Positions 11,366-21,119 are shown, counted from the first letter of the stretch. The stretch is DNA of 64,000 bases from an uncultured Chloroflexia bacterium (GCA_963712745.1 CAVQJC010000002.1:170237-234236); one strand, 5' to 3'. The notes: generated by a model from the sequence alone, not told the origin. Numbers and translations are program-made.

Positions 11366-12573
11366 TGCAGGGCACCGTGAAGTCGTTCAGCCTCGGCCGG
11401 CTGCCTCGCATCACCTTCGGCAGCGGCGTCTTCGGCCAGCTTCCGGCCATCGTCGCCGGCCACGGCTCGCGCGCTCTGCTGGTGACGGGCGGACGGTCGT
11501 TCGATGCGTCCGGCAGGCGCACAGAGCTGGAGTCCGGCCTGGCCGAGGCGGGGGTCACGCTGGTGGGTTCGACCGCCGTCAGCGGTGAGCCCAGCCCAGC
11601 CGACGTGGAGGGCCCGGTGGCAACCTACCGCGGAGAGGACGTCGACGTGGTCGTCGGCATCGGCGGCGGGGCCGCCCTCGACACGGCTAAGGCCATCGCC
11701 GGCCTGCTGCCGACCGAGACCGAGCTGCTGGACCACCTCGAGGGAGTGGGCCGCGGACTGCCCTACCCCGGCCCGGCCCTGCCCGTGGTGGCGGTGCCGA
11801 CGACCGCGGGGACCGGGTCGGAGGCGACGCGCAACGCCGTCATCAGCGAGCGCGGACCCAACGGCTACAAGCGCTCGTTCCGCGACGAATCGATGGTCCC
11901 TGCCGATGCCCTGGTCGACCCCGACCTGCTGGCGGGCGTACCACGCTCGCTCATCGCCGCCAACGGCCTGGATGCGCTCACGCAACTGCTGGAGGCCTAC
12001 ACGTCGCAACGCTCCACGCCCTTCACCGACGCCCTCGCCCGCGATGGGCTGGCTGCCGCCCGTGACGGGCTGCTGACCTGGCATCGCGACCCGGACGGCC
12101 CCGATGCAGCCAGGGCACGCAGCCAGATGGCCTACGCCGCGCTGCTCTCCGGCATCTGCCTGGCCAACGCCGGCCTCGGCGCGGTGCACGGTTTCGCCAG
12201 CCCGCTCGGAGCCCAGCTGCCCATCCCTCACGGCATGGCCTGTGGCGCGGTGCTGTGGCAGGTCATCCGCGCCAACATCTTGGCGCTCACCGAGCGTGAC
12301 CCGGACTCACCGGCCCTGCCCAAGTACGCCGAGGCCGGCCGCATCCTCGCCGACATGCCCTCGACCATCCGCGACGGCGCCGCCCGCGTCCAGCTCGTGG
12401 ATACGCTCCATGACTGGGTCAGGGCGCTGGAGGTGCCGCCGCTGTCGGCCTTCGAGATGACGGCCGGGCACATCCCTGCGGTGGTGGCGGACTCCCCCGG
12501 CAGCTCGATGCGCACGAACCCCATCGCCCTCACCGACGAAGAACTCAGCGCGATCCTGGAACAGGCGCTGTAG
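11365..12573 (+). CDS. Iron-containing alcohol dehydrogenase
   Basis: GIGGGAALDTAK, VPTTAGTGSEAT, DALTQLLE, GAVHG, HGMACG; start overlaps the upstream stop. Confidence 0.9.
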   Translation: MQGTVKSFSLGRLPRITFGSGVFGQLPAIVAGHGSRALLVTGGRSFDASGRRTELESGLAEAGVTLVGSTAVSGEPSPADVEGPVATYRGEDVDVVVGIGGGAALDTAKAIAGLLPTETELLDHLEGVGRGLPYPGPALPVVAVPTTAGTGSEATRNAVISERGPNGYKRSFRDESMVPADALVDPDLLAGVPRSLIAANGLDALTQLLEAYTSQRSTPFTDALARDGLAAARDGLLTWHRDPDGPDAARARSQMAYAALLSGICLANAGLGAVHGFASPLGAQLPIPHGMACGAVLWQVIRANILALTERDPDSPALPKYAEAGRILADMPSTIRDGAARVQLVDTLHDWVRALEVPPLSAFEMTAGHIPAVVADSPGSSMRTNPIALTDEELSAILEQAL

Positions 12574-13017
12574 GCGATCCGCGGCCCCACCTAGCACGCC
12601 AACAAGACGCCGGTCGGGCGGAGGCGCAGGATTTGGCAAGTCGATGGTCAGGGGCGCATCGGAACAAGTCGCCATTGCCCGGCGCGCGTATCGGCCGTAC
12701 CGTTGCTCTTGCCGTCGTCCCTCGACGCTGGCACGGGCCCTGAAGGCGTCGACCACCGGGCTCGGAACGAATCGCGATCGGAAATCGGTCAACGTGGTGG
12801 CGCAAGCGACACCGTGCATCGTATGTCTGCTCCACACGACTCCGATCGCCGTCTCCGAGTCACGAGTCGAGTAACAGGTGTACCGGCTGGCTCCGGGCCT
12901 CGTCAGTGAAGGGGTCGCGGCGGCGAGGTCATCCATCCATCTTCGACCGGCCCGATGGGGCCGGTCACCGTCGGGTCGCCAGGTCGGCGGACAGGCCTAG
13001 CGGCTCGATGGCCGTGC

Positions 13018-13752
13018 CTAGGCCTCGGCCACGCGCTGACGGCGCTCCACTCCCCTGGCATCGAGATCGGCCGCGATGACCCGTGCTCGCATCACCAGGT
13101 CTCGGTCACGCGTGATGGTGGAAGCGATCCAATCGATGTAGGTCGGCTCCCGTTCGGCGACCTCGCCCAGCGTGAGGCCGTGGAAACGCCCGAATCCGAG
13201 CACGGTCTCGCGCGCGTCCTCAAGGCTGGGCAGGCGCGCCCCGGATGGGTCGACCCTTCGGTGCACCGGGCCGTTGGGTGCGCTGGCTCGCAGGTCGGGC
13301 CCCTGTCGATACTCGCGCCAATCGACAGGAGGCTGCCCGGCGAGGGTCGTGTGTCGATGCTTGAGCCCGGTCCGGCGAACGGCGACGCTGTTGCGCGGCC
13401 TGAACGAGGCCGAGGTATCGAAGCGCGCGGTGACCGGCGGGCTCGGCGGGGGCGGCGGAGGGCCAACCTCGTAGTCGCCGGGCGCCCGGCCCTCCGCGTA
13501 CCGCTCGCGGCGGGCGTGCGGGGTCGAGTCGTAGCGCGCCCGGCGGACCGGATCGCTGAGGACGTCGTAGGCCGCGTTGATGCGCGCCATCCTCGTTGTC
13601 AGGCGCTCACGCTCCTCGCTGTCGGCGCCGGCCCGGTCCGGATGGTGCTCGCGCGCGAGCTCCCGCCAACGGCGCTTGATGTCTTCGGCGGAAGCGTCGT
13701 GGCGCACATCGAGCACGCGGTAGGGATCGCCTCGGAAGGTCGGAGCAGACAC
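13018..13752 (-). CDS. DnaJ/J-domain protein with a small C-terminal FGRFHG...YIDW domain
   Basis: DPYRVL...IKRRWRELAREHHPD...INAAYDVLSDPVRRARYD; GTG start at 13752. Confidence 0.85.
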   Translation of the reverse strand: MSAPTFRGDPYRVLDVRHDASAEDIKRRWRELAREHHPDRAGADSEERERLTTRMARINAAYDVLSDPVRRARYDSTPHARRERYAEGRAPGDYEVGPPPPPPSPPVTARFDTSASFRPRNSVAVRRTGLKHRHTTLAGQPPVDWREYRQGPDLRASAPNGPVHRRVDPSGARLPSLEDARETVLGFGRFHGLTLGEVAEREPTYIDWIASTITRDRDLVMRARVIAADLDARGVERRQRVAEA

Positions 13753-13781
13753 GTAGTCGAGGCTACCACGCAGCCCGCCCG

Positions 13782-13878
13782 GCACGGCCGGACGGCGCTG
13801 TGGGCACCTGTCCAGCACACGGCCGGCTGGCGTTTTGGGCACCTGTCCAGCACACGGCCGGCTGGCGTTGTGGGCACC
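13782..13878. repeat. 35-bp tandem repeat (~2.7 copies)
   Basis: TGGGCACC recurs at 13801, 13836 and 13871; unit TGGGCACCTGTCCAGCACACGGCCGGCTGGCGTTK. Confidence 0.9.
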
Positions 13879-13902
13879 CGCCCGGCGGGGTATCGTCGCG
13901 GC

Positions 13903-14988
13903 ATGCGCCTGCCCCTGGAGCCGCCGATCGAACCGATGCTGGCGAAGCTCAGCGCCGCGCTGCCCCAGGGAGAGGGCTGGCTCTACGAGCCCAAGTGGGA
14001 CGGCTTCCGGGCGCTGGTCTTCCGCGACGGCGAGGAGTTGCTCATCCAGAGCCGCGACCGCAAGCCCCTCGACCGCTACTTCCCCGAGCTGGCCCAGCCA
14101 CTCCTGGCCAACCTGCCACCGCGCTGCGTGCTCGATGGCGAGATCGTCATCGCCCGCGAGGGAGCGCTCGATTTCGAGGCGCTGCTGCTGCGCATCCATC
14201 CGGCCGCCTCGCGCGTGGCCATGCTGGCCGAACAGTCGCCGGCCTCGTATGTCGCCTGGGACCTGCTGGCCATCGCGGACGAAGCGCTGCTCGACACCCC
14301 CCAGGCCGAGCGCCGGGTCCAGCTCGAGGACGCCCTGGCAGGGGCTCGAGCGCCCATTCACCTGACGCCGCTGACGCGCGACCACGCGGTGGCGGCCGAC
14401 TGGTTCGCCCGCTTCGAGGGCGCCGGCCTCGACGGCGTCATCGCCAAGGATGGGGCGGCCGTCTATGAGCCCGGCAAGCGACGCATGCTCAAGATCAAGC
14501 ACGCGCGCACGGCCGACTGCGTGGTGGCCGGGTTCCGCTGGCACAAGAACGGCAAGGACACCCACGTCGGCTCCCTCATCCTCGGTCTCTTCGACGACGA
14601 GGGCGTGCTCCACCACGTGGGCGTGACCTCCTCGTTCAAGTGGGACCGGCGCGCGGAGCTCGTCGGAGAGCTGGCGCCGCTGCGTGACAACGCTCTCGAA
14701 GGGCATCCGTGGCAGGAGTGGGCGGCCTGGTCGGCCCAGGCGGAGGAACGCGGTCAGCGCATGCCTGGGGCAACGTCCCGCTGGAACCGGGGCAAGGACC
14801 TCTCGTGGGAGCCACTTCGTATCGAGCGCGTCGTCGAGGTCGCCTACGACCACTTGCAGGGCGACCGGTTTCGCCACGCCACCACGTTCACACGCTGGCG
14901 ACCGGACAAGGCGCCTGCAGATTGCCGCTACGCTCAGCTGGAGACCACGGCACCATATGAGCTTGGGGACATCTTCGTAGAGGAGTGA
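13903..14988 (+). CDS. ligC: ATP-dependent DNA ligase (LigC-like)
   Basis: EPKWDGFR, LDGEIV, AWDLL, DGVIAK, MLKIK, SRWNRGKDLSWEPLR, RWRPDK. Confidence 0.9.
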   Translation: MRLPLEPPIEPMLAKLSAALPQGEGWLYEPKWDGFRALVFRDGEELLIQSRDRKPLDRYFPELAQPLLANLPPRCVLDGEIVIAREGALDFEALLLRIHPAASRVAMLAEQSPASYVAWDLLAIADEALLDTPQAERRVQLEDALAGARAPIHLTPLTRDHAVAADWFARFEGAGLDGVIAKDGAAVYEPGKRRMLKIKHARTADCVVAGFRWHKNGKDTHVGSLILGLFDDEGVLHHVGVTSSFKWDRRAELVGELAPLRDNALEGHPWQEWAAWSAQAEERGQRMPGATSRWNRGKDLSWEPLRIERVVEVAYDHLQGDRFRHATTFTRWRPDKAPADCRYAQLETTAPYELGDIFVEE

Positions 14989-15054
14989 GGTCTCGCATAT
15001 TCGTTATTCGTGAAGAGGCGGGTACACTTGCGCGTGCCTATAAGGGAGGAGCTC

Positions 15055-16179
15055 ATGGATCAGAACAACCCGCGCGATGACGCGACGGGCGGCCAGCCTC
15101 CGGCAGAGCCGGGTGGCGATGCTGCGGCCTGGAACCAACCCCCGGCGCAGAACCAGCCCCAGCCGCCTGCAGGCGGTGACCAGGCTGCTGCCGAGTACGC
15201 GGCCTGGTCGGCCGATACCACGTATCAGCAGCAGCAGGCGCAGGCAGCGCAGCAGGGCGACACGCAGGCCTACGCCGCGCCTGAGCCGCAGTCGGCCACC
15301 TACAGCGACCAGCCGGCGGCGGCGCAGCAGTACCAGCAGCCTGGATATGACCAGCAGGCTGCCTACGCCCAGCAGCAGCAGTATCAGCAGCCGCAGCAGC
15401 AGTATCAGCAGCCGCAGTACTACGACCAGAGCGCGTACGGCCAGCAGTATCAGCAGCCGCAGCAGCAGTATCAGCAGCCGCAGTACTACGACCAGAGCGC
15501 GTACGGCCAGCAGCCGCAGCAGCCGCAGCAGCCGCAGCAGCCGCAGTACTACGACCAGAGCGCGTACGGCCAGCAGCCGGGCTACTACGATCAGAGTGCA
15601 TACGGGCAGCAGGGATATCCCCAGCAGCCGGCCCAGCCGTATGCCTACGCCCAGCCCGGCCAGGACCAGTACTACGAGCAGGGCTCGACCGGCTACCGGC
15701 GCTCGTTCATCGCGGTGCTCGCCGCCTGGGTGATGCTCACCTGGGGCTTGGTCTTCAGCATGATCGGCGCGCTGGTGCTGTGGTTCAGGTCCGTGACCGA
15801 CCTCATCCCCGAGGGCGTCGTGCTCAGCGCGGACGTGTCAGATCTGGCCAACAAGGCCGACGACCAGATCATGGCCGTCGGTGGGTTGGCTCTGCTCCTG
15901 GGCATCGTCCAGATCATCGGCGCGGTGGGCATCTTCGGTCACCGTCGCTGGGGTCGCGCGTTCGGCATCGTGCTCGGCCTGCTGGGCGTGCTGGCCGGGC
16001 TCGGCATCATCACCGTCTCGGCCGGGTTCGAGGCCCTGGATGTCGGACTCGAAGAGGCCATCAAGGGTGAAGAAGGCTCACTGGCCGCAAGCGCCCTCGT
16101 CCTCTTCAGCTACCTGCTCATCCTGCTGGCCATGTTCGTCGGCAAGCGCCACTTCAAGAAGAAGGGCGTGGACGACTAG
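15055..16179 (+). CDS. Membrane protein with Q/Y/P-rich low-complexity N-terminus and ~4 TM helices
   Basis: GGAGGA RBS; four YYDQSAYG repeats; four hydrophobic segments after residue ~215. Confidence 0.85.
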   Translation: MDQNNPRDDATGGQPPAEPGGDAAAWNQPPAQNQPQPPAGGDQAAAEYAAWSADTTYQQQQAQAAQQGDTQAYAAPEPQSATYSDQPAAAQQYQQPGYDQQAAYAQQQQYQQPQQQYQQPQYYDQSAYGQQYQQPQQQYQQPQYYDQSAYGQQPQQPQQPQQPQYYDQSAYGQQPGYYDQSAYGQQGYPQQPAQPYAYAQPGQDQYYEQGSTGYRRSFIAVLAAWVMLTWGLVFSMIGALVLWFRSVTDLIPEGVVLSADVSDLANKADDQIMAVGGLALLLGIVQIIGAVGIFGHRRWGRAFGIVLGLLGVLAGLGIITVSAGFEALDVGLEEAIKGEEGSLAASALVLFSYLLILLAMFVGKRHFKKKGVDD

Positions 16180-16203
16180 ACGACCGCCTCCCAAGGCACC
16201 AAC

Positions 16204-16238
16204 GAACGACCCTCGGGGCTCCTCCCCGGGGGTCGTTC
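16204..16238. terminator. Hairpin between convergent genes
   Basis: GAACGACCCTCGGGG-ctcct-CCCCGGGGGTCGTTC. Confidence 0.7.
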
Positions 16239-16247
16239 CTTGTCCGC

Positions 16248-16490
16248 TCAGCGCGCGGCTATGAGCCACTCGGCGATGTCGCCTGCGCTCGGCACACGAC
16301 CCGCAGACTTGACCGTGCCGTCGATGACCAGCCCGGGCGTGTTGAGCACCCCGCGCGAGGCGATGGTGGCGTCATCGGACACCTTCACGACCTCTGCCTC
16401 GACGCCTGCCATGGCCGCAGCCTCGCGGGCGTTCGACTCGAGCTTGCGGCAGTTGGCGCAGCCGTGCCCGAGCACTTCGATCCTCACCAT
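16248..16490 (-). CDS. Small redox-active disulfide protein (thioredoxin_3/MTH895 type)
   Basis: IEVLGHGCANC...GVLNTPGLVIDG. Confidence 0.88.
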   Translation of the reverse strand: MVRIEVLGHGCANCRKLESNAREAAAMAGVEAEVVKVSDDATIASRGVLNTPGLVIDGTVKSAGRVPSAGDIAEWLIAAR

Positions 16491-16518
16491 GGATGGACTC
16501 CTTTCGATGCTCCGCGCA

Positions 16519-17568
16519 TCAAGATGCGAGCGCGTTGAACAGGAAGCCGACCGCCAGGATCCCGCTGACGACGACTCCCAGGAAGATGGCCAGCAGCGCC
16601 GGACGAGCGACGCGCCGGAGGATGACGAACTCAGGCAGGCTGATGGCGACCGTGGCCATCATGAAGGCCAGCACGGTGCCCAGGGGCAGGCCCTTGTCGA
16701 GCAGTGCCTCGACGATGGGGATGACCCCCGCGGCGCCGGCATAGAGGGGCACCGCCAGGGCGACGACGATGGGCACCGCCAGGGGGTTGTCCGCACCACC
16801 GATGTCGACGATGACGTCGGTGGGGACATAGCCGTGGATGAAGGCGCCGACTCCGATGCCGATGACGACCCAGGGCCACACCTTGCGTACCAGCGCACGC
16901 GTGGCGTCCCAGGCGTCCCGGACTCGTTGCTCGATAGAGAGGCGAAGATCGATCGCCTCCGCTGATGCGCCGGCTTCACGCGCCTGTAGCACCCACGGTT
17001 CGAGGAACCGCTCCAGCGGCAACCGGCCCAGGAGGAGCCCGCCGGCGATGGCCACGGCCAGCCCCGCCACCATGTAGACGATGGCGACCTGCGGGCCGAA
17101 GAGGCCCCACAACAGCACCAGGGCGACCTCGTTCACCAACGGTGAGCTGATGAGGAAGGCCAGGGTCACGCCGACCGGGATGCCGGTCTGCAGGAAACCG
17201 ATGAAGAGCGGCACGGCCGAACAGGAGCAGAACGGCGTCACCACCCCGAAGAGCGCTGCTGCCACCGTGGCCGCGGCGACGCCGCGGCCGGCCAGAGCCG
17301 AACGGACCCGCTCGGGCGGCACGTAAGACCGCAGGAAGCTGACGAGCGTGACGATCCCGAGCAGGAGCAGCAGGACCTTGGGCACGTCGTAGAGGAAGAA
17401 GGCCACGGCCTCCCCGAGCGGGCTACCCTCCTCCAGACCGAGCAGATCGAAGGCGATCCACTGGCTGACCGGCCAGGCCGCGAACCAGGCCAACAGCCAG
17501 GCCGCGACCGCGAGCAGGGCCGCCGGCCAGAACGGGAGCTGGTGTCGGTGGAGCGCGAGCGTGCCCAT
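16519..17568 (-). CDS. arsP: ArsP-type permease (DUF318)
   Basis: TPFCSCSAVP, AFLISSPLVNE, GAFIHGYVP, GTVLAFMM, SLPE. Confidence 0.85.
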   Translation of the reverse strand: MGTLALHRHQLPFWPAALLAVAAWLLAWFAAWPVSQWIAFDLLGLEEGSPLGEAVAFFLYDVPKVLLLLLGIVTLVSFLRSYVPPERVRSALAGRGVAAATVAAALFGVVTPFCSCSAVPLFIGFLQTGIPVGVTLAFLISSPLVNEVALVLLWGLFGPQVAIVYMVAGLAVAIAGGLLLGRLPLERFLEPWVLQAREAGASAEAIDLRLSIEQRVRDAWDATRALVRKVWPWVVIGIGVGAFIHGYVPTDVIVDIGGADNPLAVPIVVALAVPLYAGAAGVIPIVEALLDKGLPLGTVLAFMMATVAISLPEFVILRRVARPALLAIFLGVVVSGILAVGFLFNALAS

Positions 17569-17933
17569 CAGAGGATCTTGGCCACCGCCGCGAGTGCGGA
17601 GCGGATGGCGGCCTCGTCGCGCTCGTAGTACTTCCAGCGCGCGTCGACCGCGTGACGGCTGCCCCGGACCAGACCGGCCTCGCGCAGGCGCGCGAGGTGA
17701 TTGCTGAGGTTGTTCTGCTTGACATCGAGCGCAGCCGCCATCTCGCACACGCAGTGGGGGCCATCGCGCAGGATGGCCAGGATGCCGGCCCGGACCGGCT
17801 CCGCGAGCATGGTCGCGACCGCGACCGCTTCAGCGGTGGGCGGCTGGCCGTGCTGCCGCAGGCTGGGCCGGAGCTCGAGCTCGCTGGCATCGAGCACGCC
17901 CGGATACCGCTCGACGCAGGTGCTGCAACCCAT
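17568..17933 (-). CDS. arsR: ArsR/SmtB transcriptional regulator
   Basis: AEPVRAGIL...HCVCEMA...QNNLSNHLARLREAGLV; extra N-terminal CSTC. Confidence 0.85.
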   Translation of the reverse strand: MGCSTCVERYPGVLDASELELRPSLRQHGQPPTAEAVAVATMLAEPVRAGILAILRDGPHCVCEMAAALDVKQNNLSNHLARLREAGLVRGSRHAVDARWKYYERDEAAIRSALAAVAKIL

Positions 17934-17952
17934 GGTTTCCCCCGTTGTCCGA

Positions 17953-17995
17953 TATGTCAGCCTCGAATGTGTCATCGCCGGCTGAGATACCTCAG
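17953..17995. promoter_or_regulatory. Putative ArsR operator
   Basis: TATGTCAGCCTCGAATGTGTCAT plus near-palindrome CTGAGATACCTCAG; 16/23 match to 24742-24764. Confidence 0.45.
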
Positions 17996-18061
17996 AGCCG
18001 GTCGGCCCCAACTCCCCGGGCCGGCCGGCACGAGGGTCCGGCGGCTGGCTATGCTGTGCCC

Positions 18062-18910
18062 ATGACCACGATCCCGAGCGTGACGCTCAACGACGGCACC
18101 TCCATCCCGCAGCTGGGCTACGGCACCCACCTGGTGCCGCCCGAGGAGACCGCGGCTGCGGTGCAGGCGGCCCTCGAGGCCGGATACAGGCATATCGATA
18201 CCGCGCAGATGTACTTCAACGAACGCGGCGTCGGGGAAGGCATCCGCGCCGCTGGGCTGAACCGCGAAGAGGTGTACGTGACGAGCAAGCTGAGCAACGC
18301 CATGCACCGGCCCGGGGACGCACGTCGCGCGATGGAAGGCACGCTGGCCGAGCTCGGCACCGACTACGTCGACCTCTTCCTCATCCATTGGCCGCTGCCG
18401 ACGCTCTACGACGGCGACTTCGTGACCACCTGGCGGACCCTCGAGGAGTTCACGCGAGAGGGTCGCGCGCGATCGGTCGGCGTCTCCAACTTCGAGATCT
18501 CGCACCTCGAGCGACTGGCTGACCACGCGGACATGCTGCCGGCGGTGAACCAGATCGAGGTCCATCCCTACATGCCCAACGACGGGGTGCGGACGTACGA
18601 CCGCCTGCAGGGCATCGCCACCCAGGCCTGGTCACCGCTGGCCAAGGGCGCGGCCCTGGTCGATCCGGTCATCACGGGGGTCGCCGATCGCCTGGGCCGA
18701 ACACCCTCACAGGTCGTGGTGCGCTGGCACATCCAGCGCGGCGACATCGTCTTTCCCAAGACCATGAGCCCTGAGCGGATGCGCGAGAACATCGACGTCT
18801 TCGACTTCGAGCTCTCGACCGAACACCTCAAGGCCATCAGCAAGCTCGACAAAGGCGAGGCCGGACGGATCGGTCCCCATCCCGACACCTTCGATTGGAT
18901 CCCGTCGTAG
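18062..18910 (+). CDS. Aldo/keto reductase (DkgA-like)
   Basis: GYRHIDTAQMY, VTSKL, DLFLIHWP, GVSNF, NQIEVHP, AWSPL, FPKT. Confidence 0.92.
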   Translation: MTTIPSVTLNDGTSIPQLGYGTHLVPPEETAAAVQAALEAGYRHIDTAQMYFNERGVGEGIRAAGLNREEVYVTSKLSNAMHRPGDARRAMEGTLAELGTDYVDLFLIHWPLPTLYDGDFVTTWRTLEEFTREGRARSVGVSNFEISHLERLADHADMLPAVNQIEVHPYMPNDGVRTYDRLQGIATQAWSPLAKGAALVDPVITGVADRLGRTPSQVVVRWHIQRGDIVFPKTMSPERMRENIDVFDFELSTEHLKAISKLDKGEAGRIGPHPDTFDWIPS

Positions 18911-18938
18911 CGGCCGGCACGGCAGCGAGGCACAGACC

Positions 18939-21119
18939 ATGATCGACCCGGGTCCCGAGCTGAGCGATCCGAACCGGGCAGCGTCCCCCTCGTCCGTACC
19001 GGCCTGGCTGGGCAATCTCGCGGCCGTCGGATGGCGCCTCCTGGCCACCATCGCCTTCCTCGTCGCTCTCGCGTACCTGGGGTCGCTCATCTGGACGGTC
19101 CTGGCTGCGATCGGACTGGCCATCATCGTCTCGGTCGTGCTTGCACCGGTCATGATCCGGCTGCGCAATAGCGGACGCTCGCGGAACTCGGCCGCCGGCA
19201 TCGTATGGGCGGCCACGCTGGGCGCGGGCATCCTCGTGCTGGCGGTGCTCGCGATCTCCCTCATCCCCGCCCTGGTCGACGTGGTCGGCCAGATCCAGGA
19301 CGGTCAGGCAGAGGTCGAGGCACAGATCGCGGAGCTCTCGCTGCCGGCCTGGCTGAGCGAGCTGGTGAGCGACGTCATCGGCCGAGCTGAGGGCATCAGC
19401 GGCGATGCGATCTCCTCGATGGTGGGATCCGCCGCGAACCTGGTGGGCATCCTCGTCATCGGTTCCTTCCTGCTCTTCTTCTTCCTGCGGGATGGCGACA
19501 AGGCCTGGCGCTGGCTGTTCCAGTGGCTTGACGAGGAGAAGCGGGAGCGCATCGACAGCGCCGGAGACGAGGCCCTCGAACGAGTCGGCAGCTTCGTGCG
19601 TGGCACGACCGGCCTGGCAGCCGTGGCGTCGGTGACGAACCTGCTCTTCATGCTGGTGCTGGGGACGCCGCTGGCTGTGGCGCTCGCGATCCTCACCTTC
19701 GTGACTGCCTACATCCCCTACTTCGGCGGGCCTATCGCGGCCTACCTCATCATCCTCGCGACCTGGGGTGCTGAGGGCTCGACCATCGCCCTGGTGATGA
19801 CCGGCCTGATCCTCGCGCGCTTCCTGCTGGTCCACTTCCTGCTGCGTGAGCGCGTCTACGCCCAGGCGCAGGAGCTGCACCCTGCGGTCGTCCTCATCGT
19901 GCTCCCGGTCGGACTGCAGATCGGCGGCCTGTTCGGTCTGATCCTGGCCGTGCCGCTGGCCGCGGTCGCCCTCTCGGTCGCGCAGGCGGTGGCATTCATC
20001 CTCGAACCCGAGACACCGCGGCCGCTTCCGGACCTGGTGCCGGCCTGGCTCGACGGCGCCGCCCAGTGGGCCTGGCGCGGTCTGATCGTGCTCGCCGTCG
20101 GGGCCGTGCTCGTGCTGGTCCTGACCACGATCCCGCTGGTCGTCCTGCCGGTGATCGTCGCGCTCATCCTGGCAGCCACCATCGTGCCGCTGGTCGACTA
20201 TCTCGTACGGCGAGGCCAGTCACGCAACCTGGCCACGGCGGTCGCGGTCACAGGCAGCGCGGCTGCCATCATCGGTGTGCTCGCCCTGTCCCTCGGATCG
20301 CTCGCCCGGCAGGCCGACGAGATCGGCCGGACCGCCAAGACCGGGGCTGGAGATGTGGACGCGGCGGCCGGGGGCTATCTCGGACTCGGCACGGACGCCA
20401 TCGAGTCGGGCGCGGATGCTGGCGTCTCCACCATCGCTGACATCGCCGGCGGCCTGGGTCCACTCGCGCTGGTGCTGGTGCTGTCGGTCCTGCTGACGTT
20501 CTACTTCCTGCGCGATGGAGCCGGCATGTGGGCCAGCCTGATGTCCCATCTTCCCGAGGAGGCCGGGAGCGAGCTCTCCGCGGCCGGATCACGCGCTTTC
20601 AGCGTGCTCGGCGGCTACATGGTGGGCACCGGCGCGATCTCCCTCGTGGGCGCCGCCAGCCAGTTGGTGATCATGTGGTTCCTGGGCCTGCCCCTGGCCT
20701 TGCCGGTCTTCGTGCTCTCGTTCTTCGGCGGATTCATCCCGTACATCGGCGGCCTGCTCACGACCGGCCTGGCCTTCCTTATCGCGGTGGCCGTAGGCGA
20801 CAACCTCGACATCGTCGTCATGGCCATCTGGACGCTGGTCTTCAACATCGTCCAGGGCAACGTCGTCGCGCCCATCGTGTACAACCGCACCACGCACATC
20901 CATCCGGCGATCGTGCTGGCGGCCATCCCCGCGGGCTCCGCCGTAGCCGGCATCCTGGGCATGTTCCTGGTGGTGCCCGTGCTGGGCGTGGTGGCCTCGA
21001 CCTGGCGGTCGATCCTGCGCCTGATGGGCTCCGATGTGGGTGAGCCCGTGGTGTTCGACGACGAGGACGAGGAGCGCGCGGCGGAGGGTCCCTCCGACCC
21101 GGCCCCCGACCCTGCCTGA
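18939..21119 (+). CDS. AI-2E family transporter with two tandem AI-2E units
   Basis: Duplicated motifs FFFLRDG/FYFLRDG, YIPYFGG/FIPYIGG, LHPAVV/IHPAIV; 726 aa. Confidence 0.85.
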   Translation: MIDPGPELSDPNRAASPSSVPAWLGNLAAVGWRLLATIAFLVALAYLGSLIWTVLAAIGLAIIVSVVLAPVMIRLRNSGRSRNSAAGIVWAATLGAGILVLAVLAISLIPALVDVVGQIQDGQAEVEAQIAELSLPAWLSELVSDVIGRAEGISGDAISSMVGSAANLVGILVIGSFLLFFFLRDGDKAWRWLFQWLDEEKRERIDSAGDEALERVGSFVRGTTGLAAVASVTNLLFMLVLGTPLAVALAILTFVTAYIPYFGGPIAAYLIILATWGAEGSTIALVMTGLILARFLLVHFLLRERVYAQAQELHPAVVLIVLPVGLQIGGLFGLILAVPLAAVALSVAQAVAFILEPETPRPLPDLVPAWLDGAAQWAWRGLIVLAVGAVLVLVLTTIPLVVLPVIVALILAATIVPLVDYLVRRGQSRNLATAVAVTGSAAAIIGVLALSLGSLARQADEIGRTAKTGAGDVDAAAGGYLGLGTDAIESGADAGVSTIADIAGGLGPLALVLVLSVLLTFYFLRDGAGMWASLMSHLPEEAGSELSAAGSRAFSVLGGYMVGTGAISLVGAASQLVIMWFLGLPLALPVFVLSFFGGFIPYIGGLLTTGLAFLIAVAVGDNLDIVVMAIWTLVFNIVQGNVVAPIVYNRTTHIHPAIVLAAIPAGSAVAGILGMFLVVPVLGVVASTWRSILRLMGSDVGEPVVFDDEDEERAAEGPSDPAPDPA

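Noticed and set aside
12574-13017. ncRNA or gene in the 440-bp gap after Fe-ADH
   Set aside because: No convincing ORF, recognisable RNA motif or strong structure found by eye.
12955-14877. 677-aa ligase and 619-aa J-protein N-terminal extensions
   Set aside because: Each extension is the antisense of the other gene; real starts are at 13903 and 13752 with adjacent -10 boxes.
11057-21119. AI-2 quorum-sensing locus (LsrG-like plus AI-2E transporter)
   Set aside because: No lsrK, lsrF, lsrR or luxS; the kinase is a clear AraB; family names do not imply AI-2 specificity.
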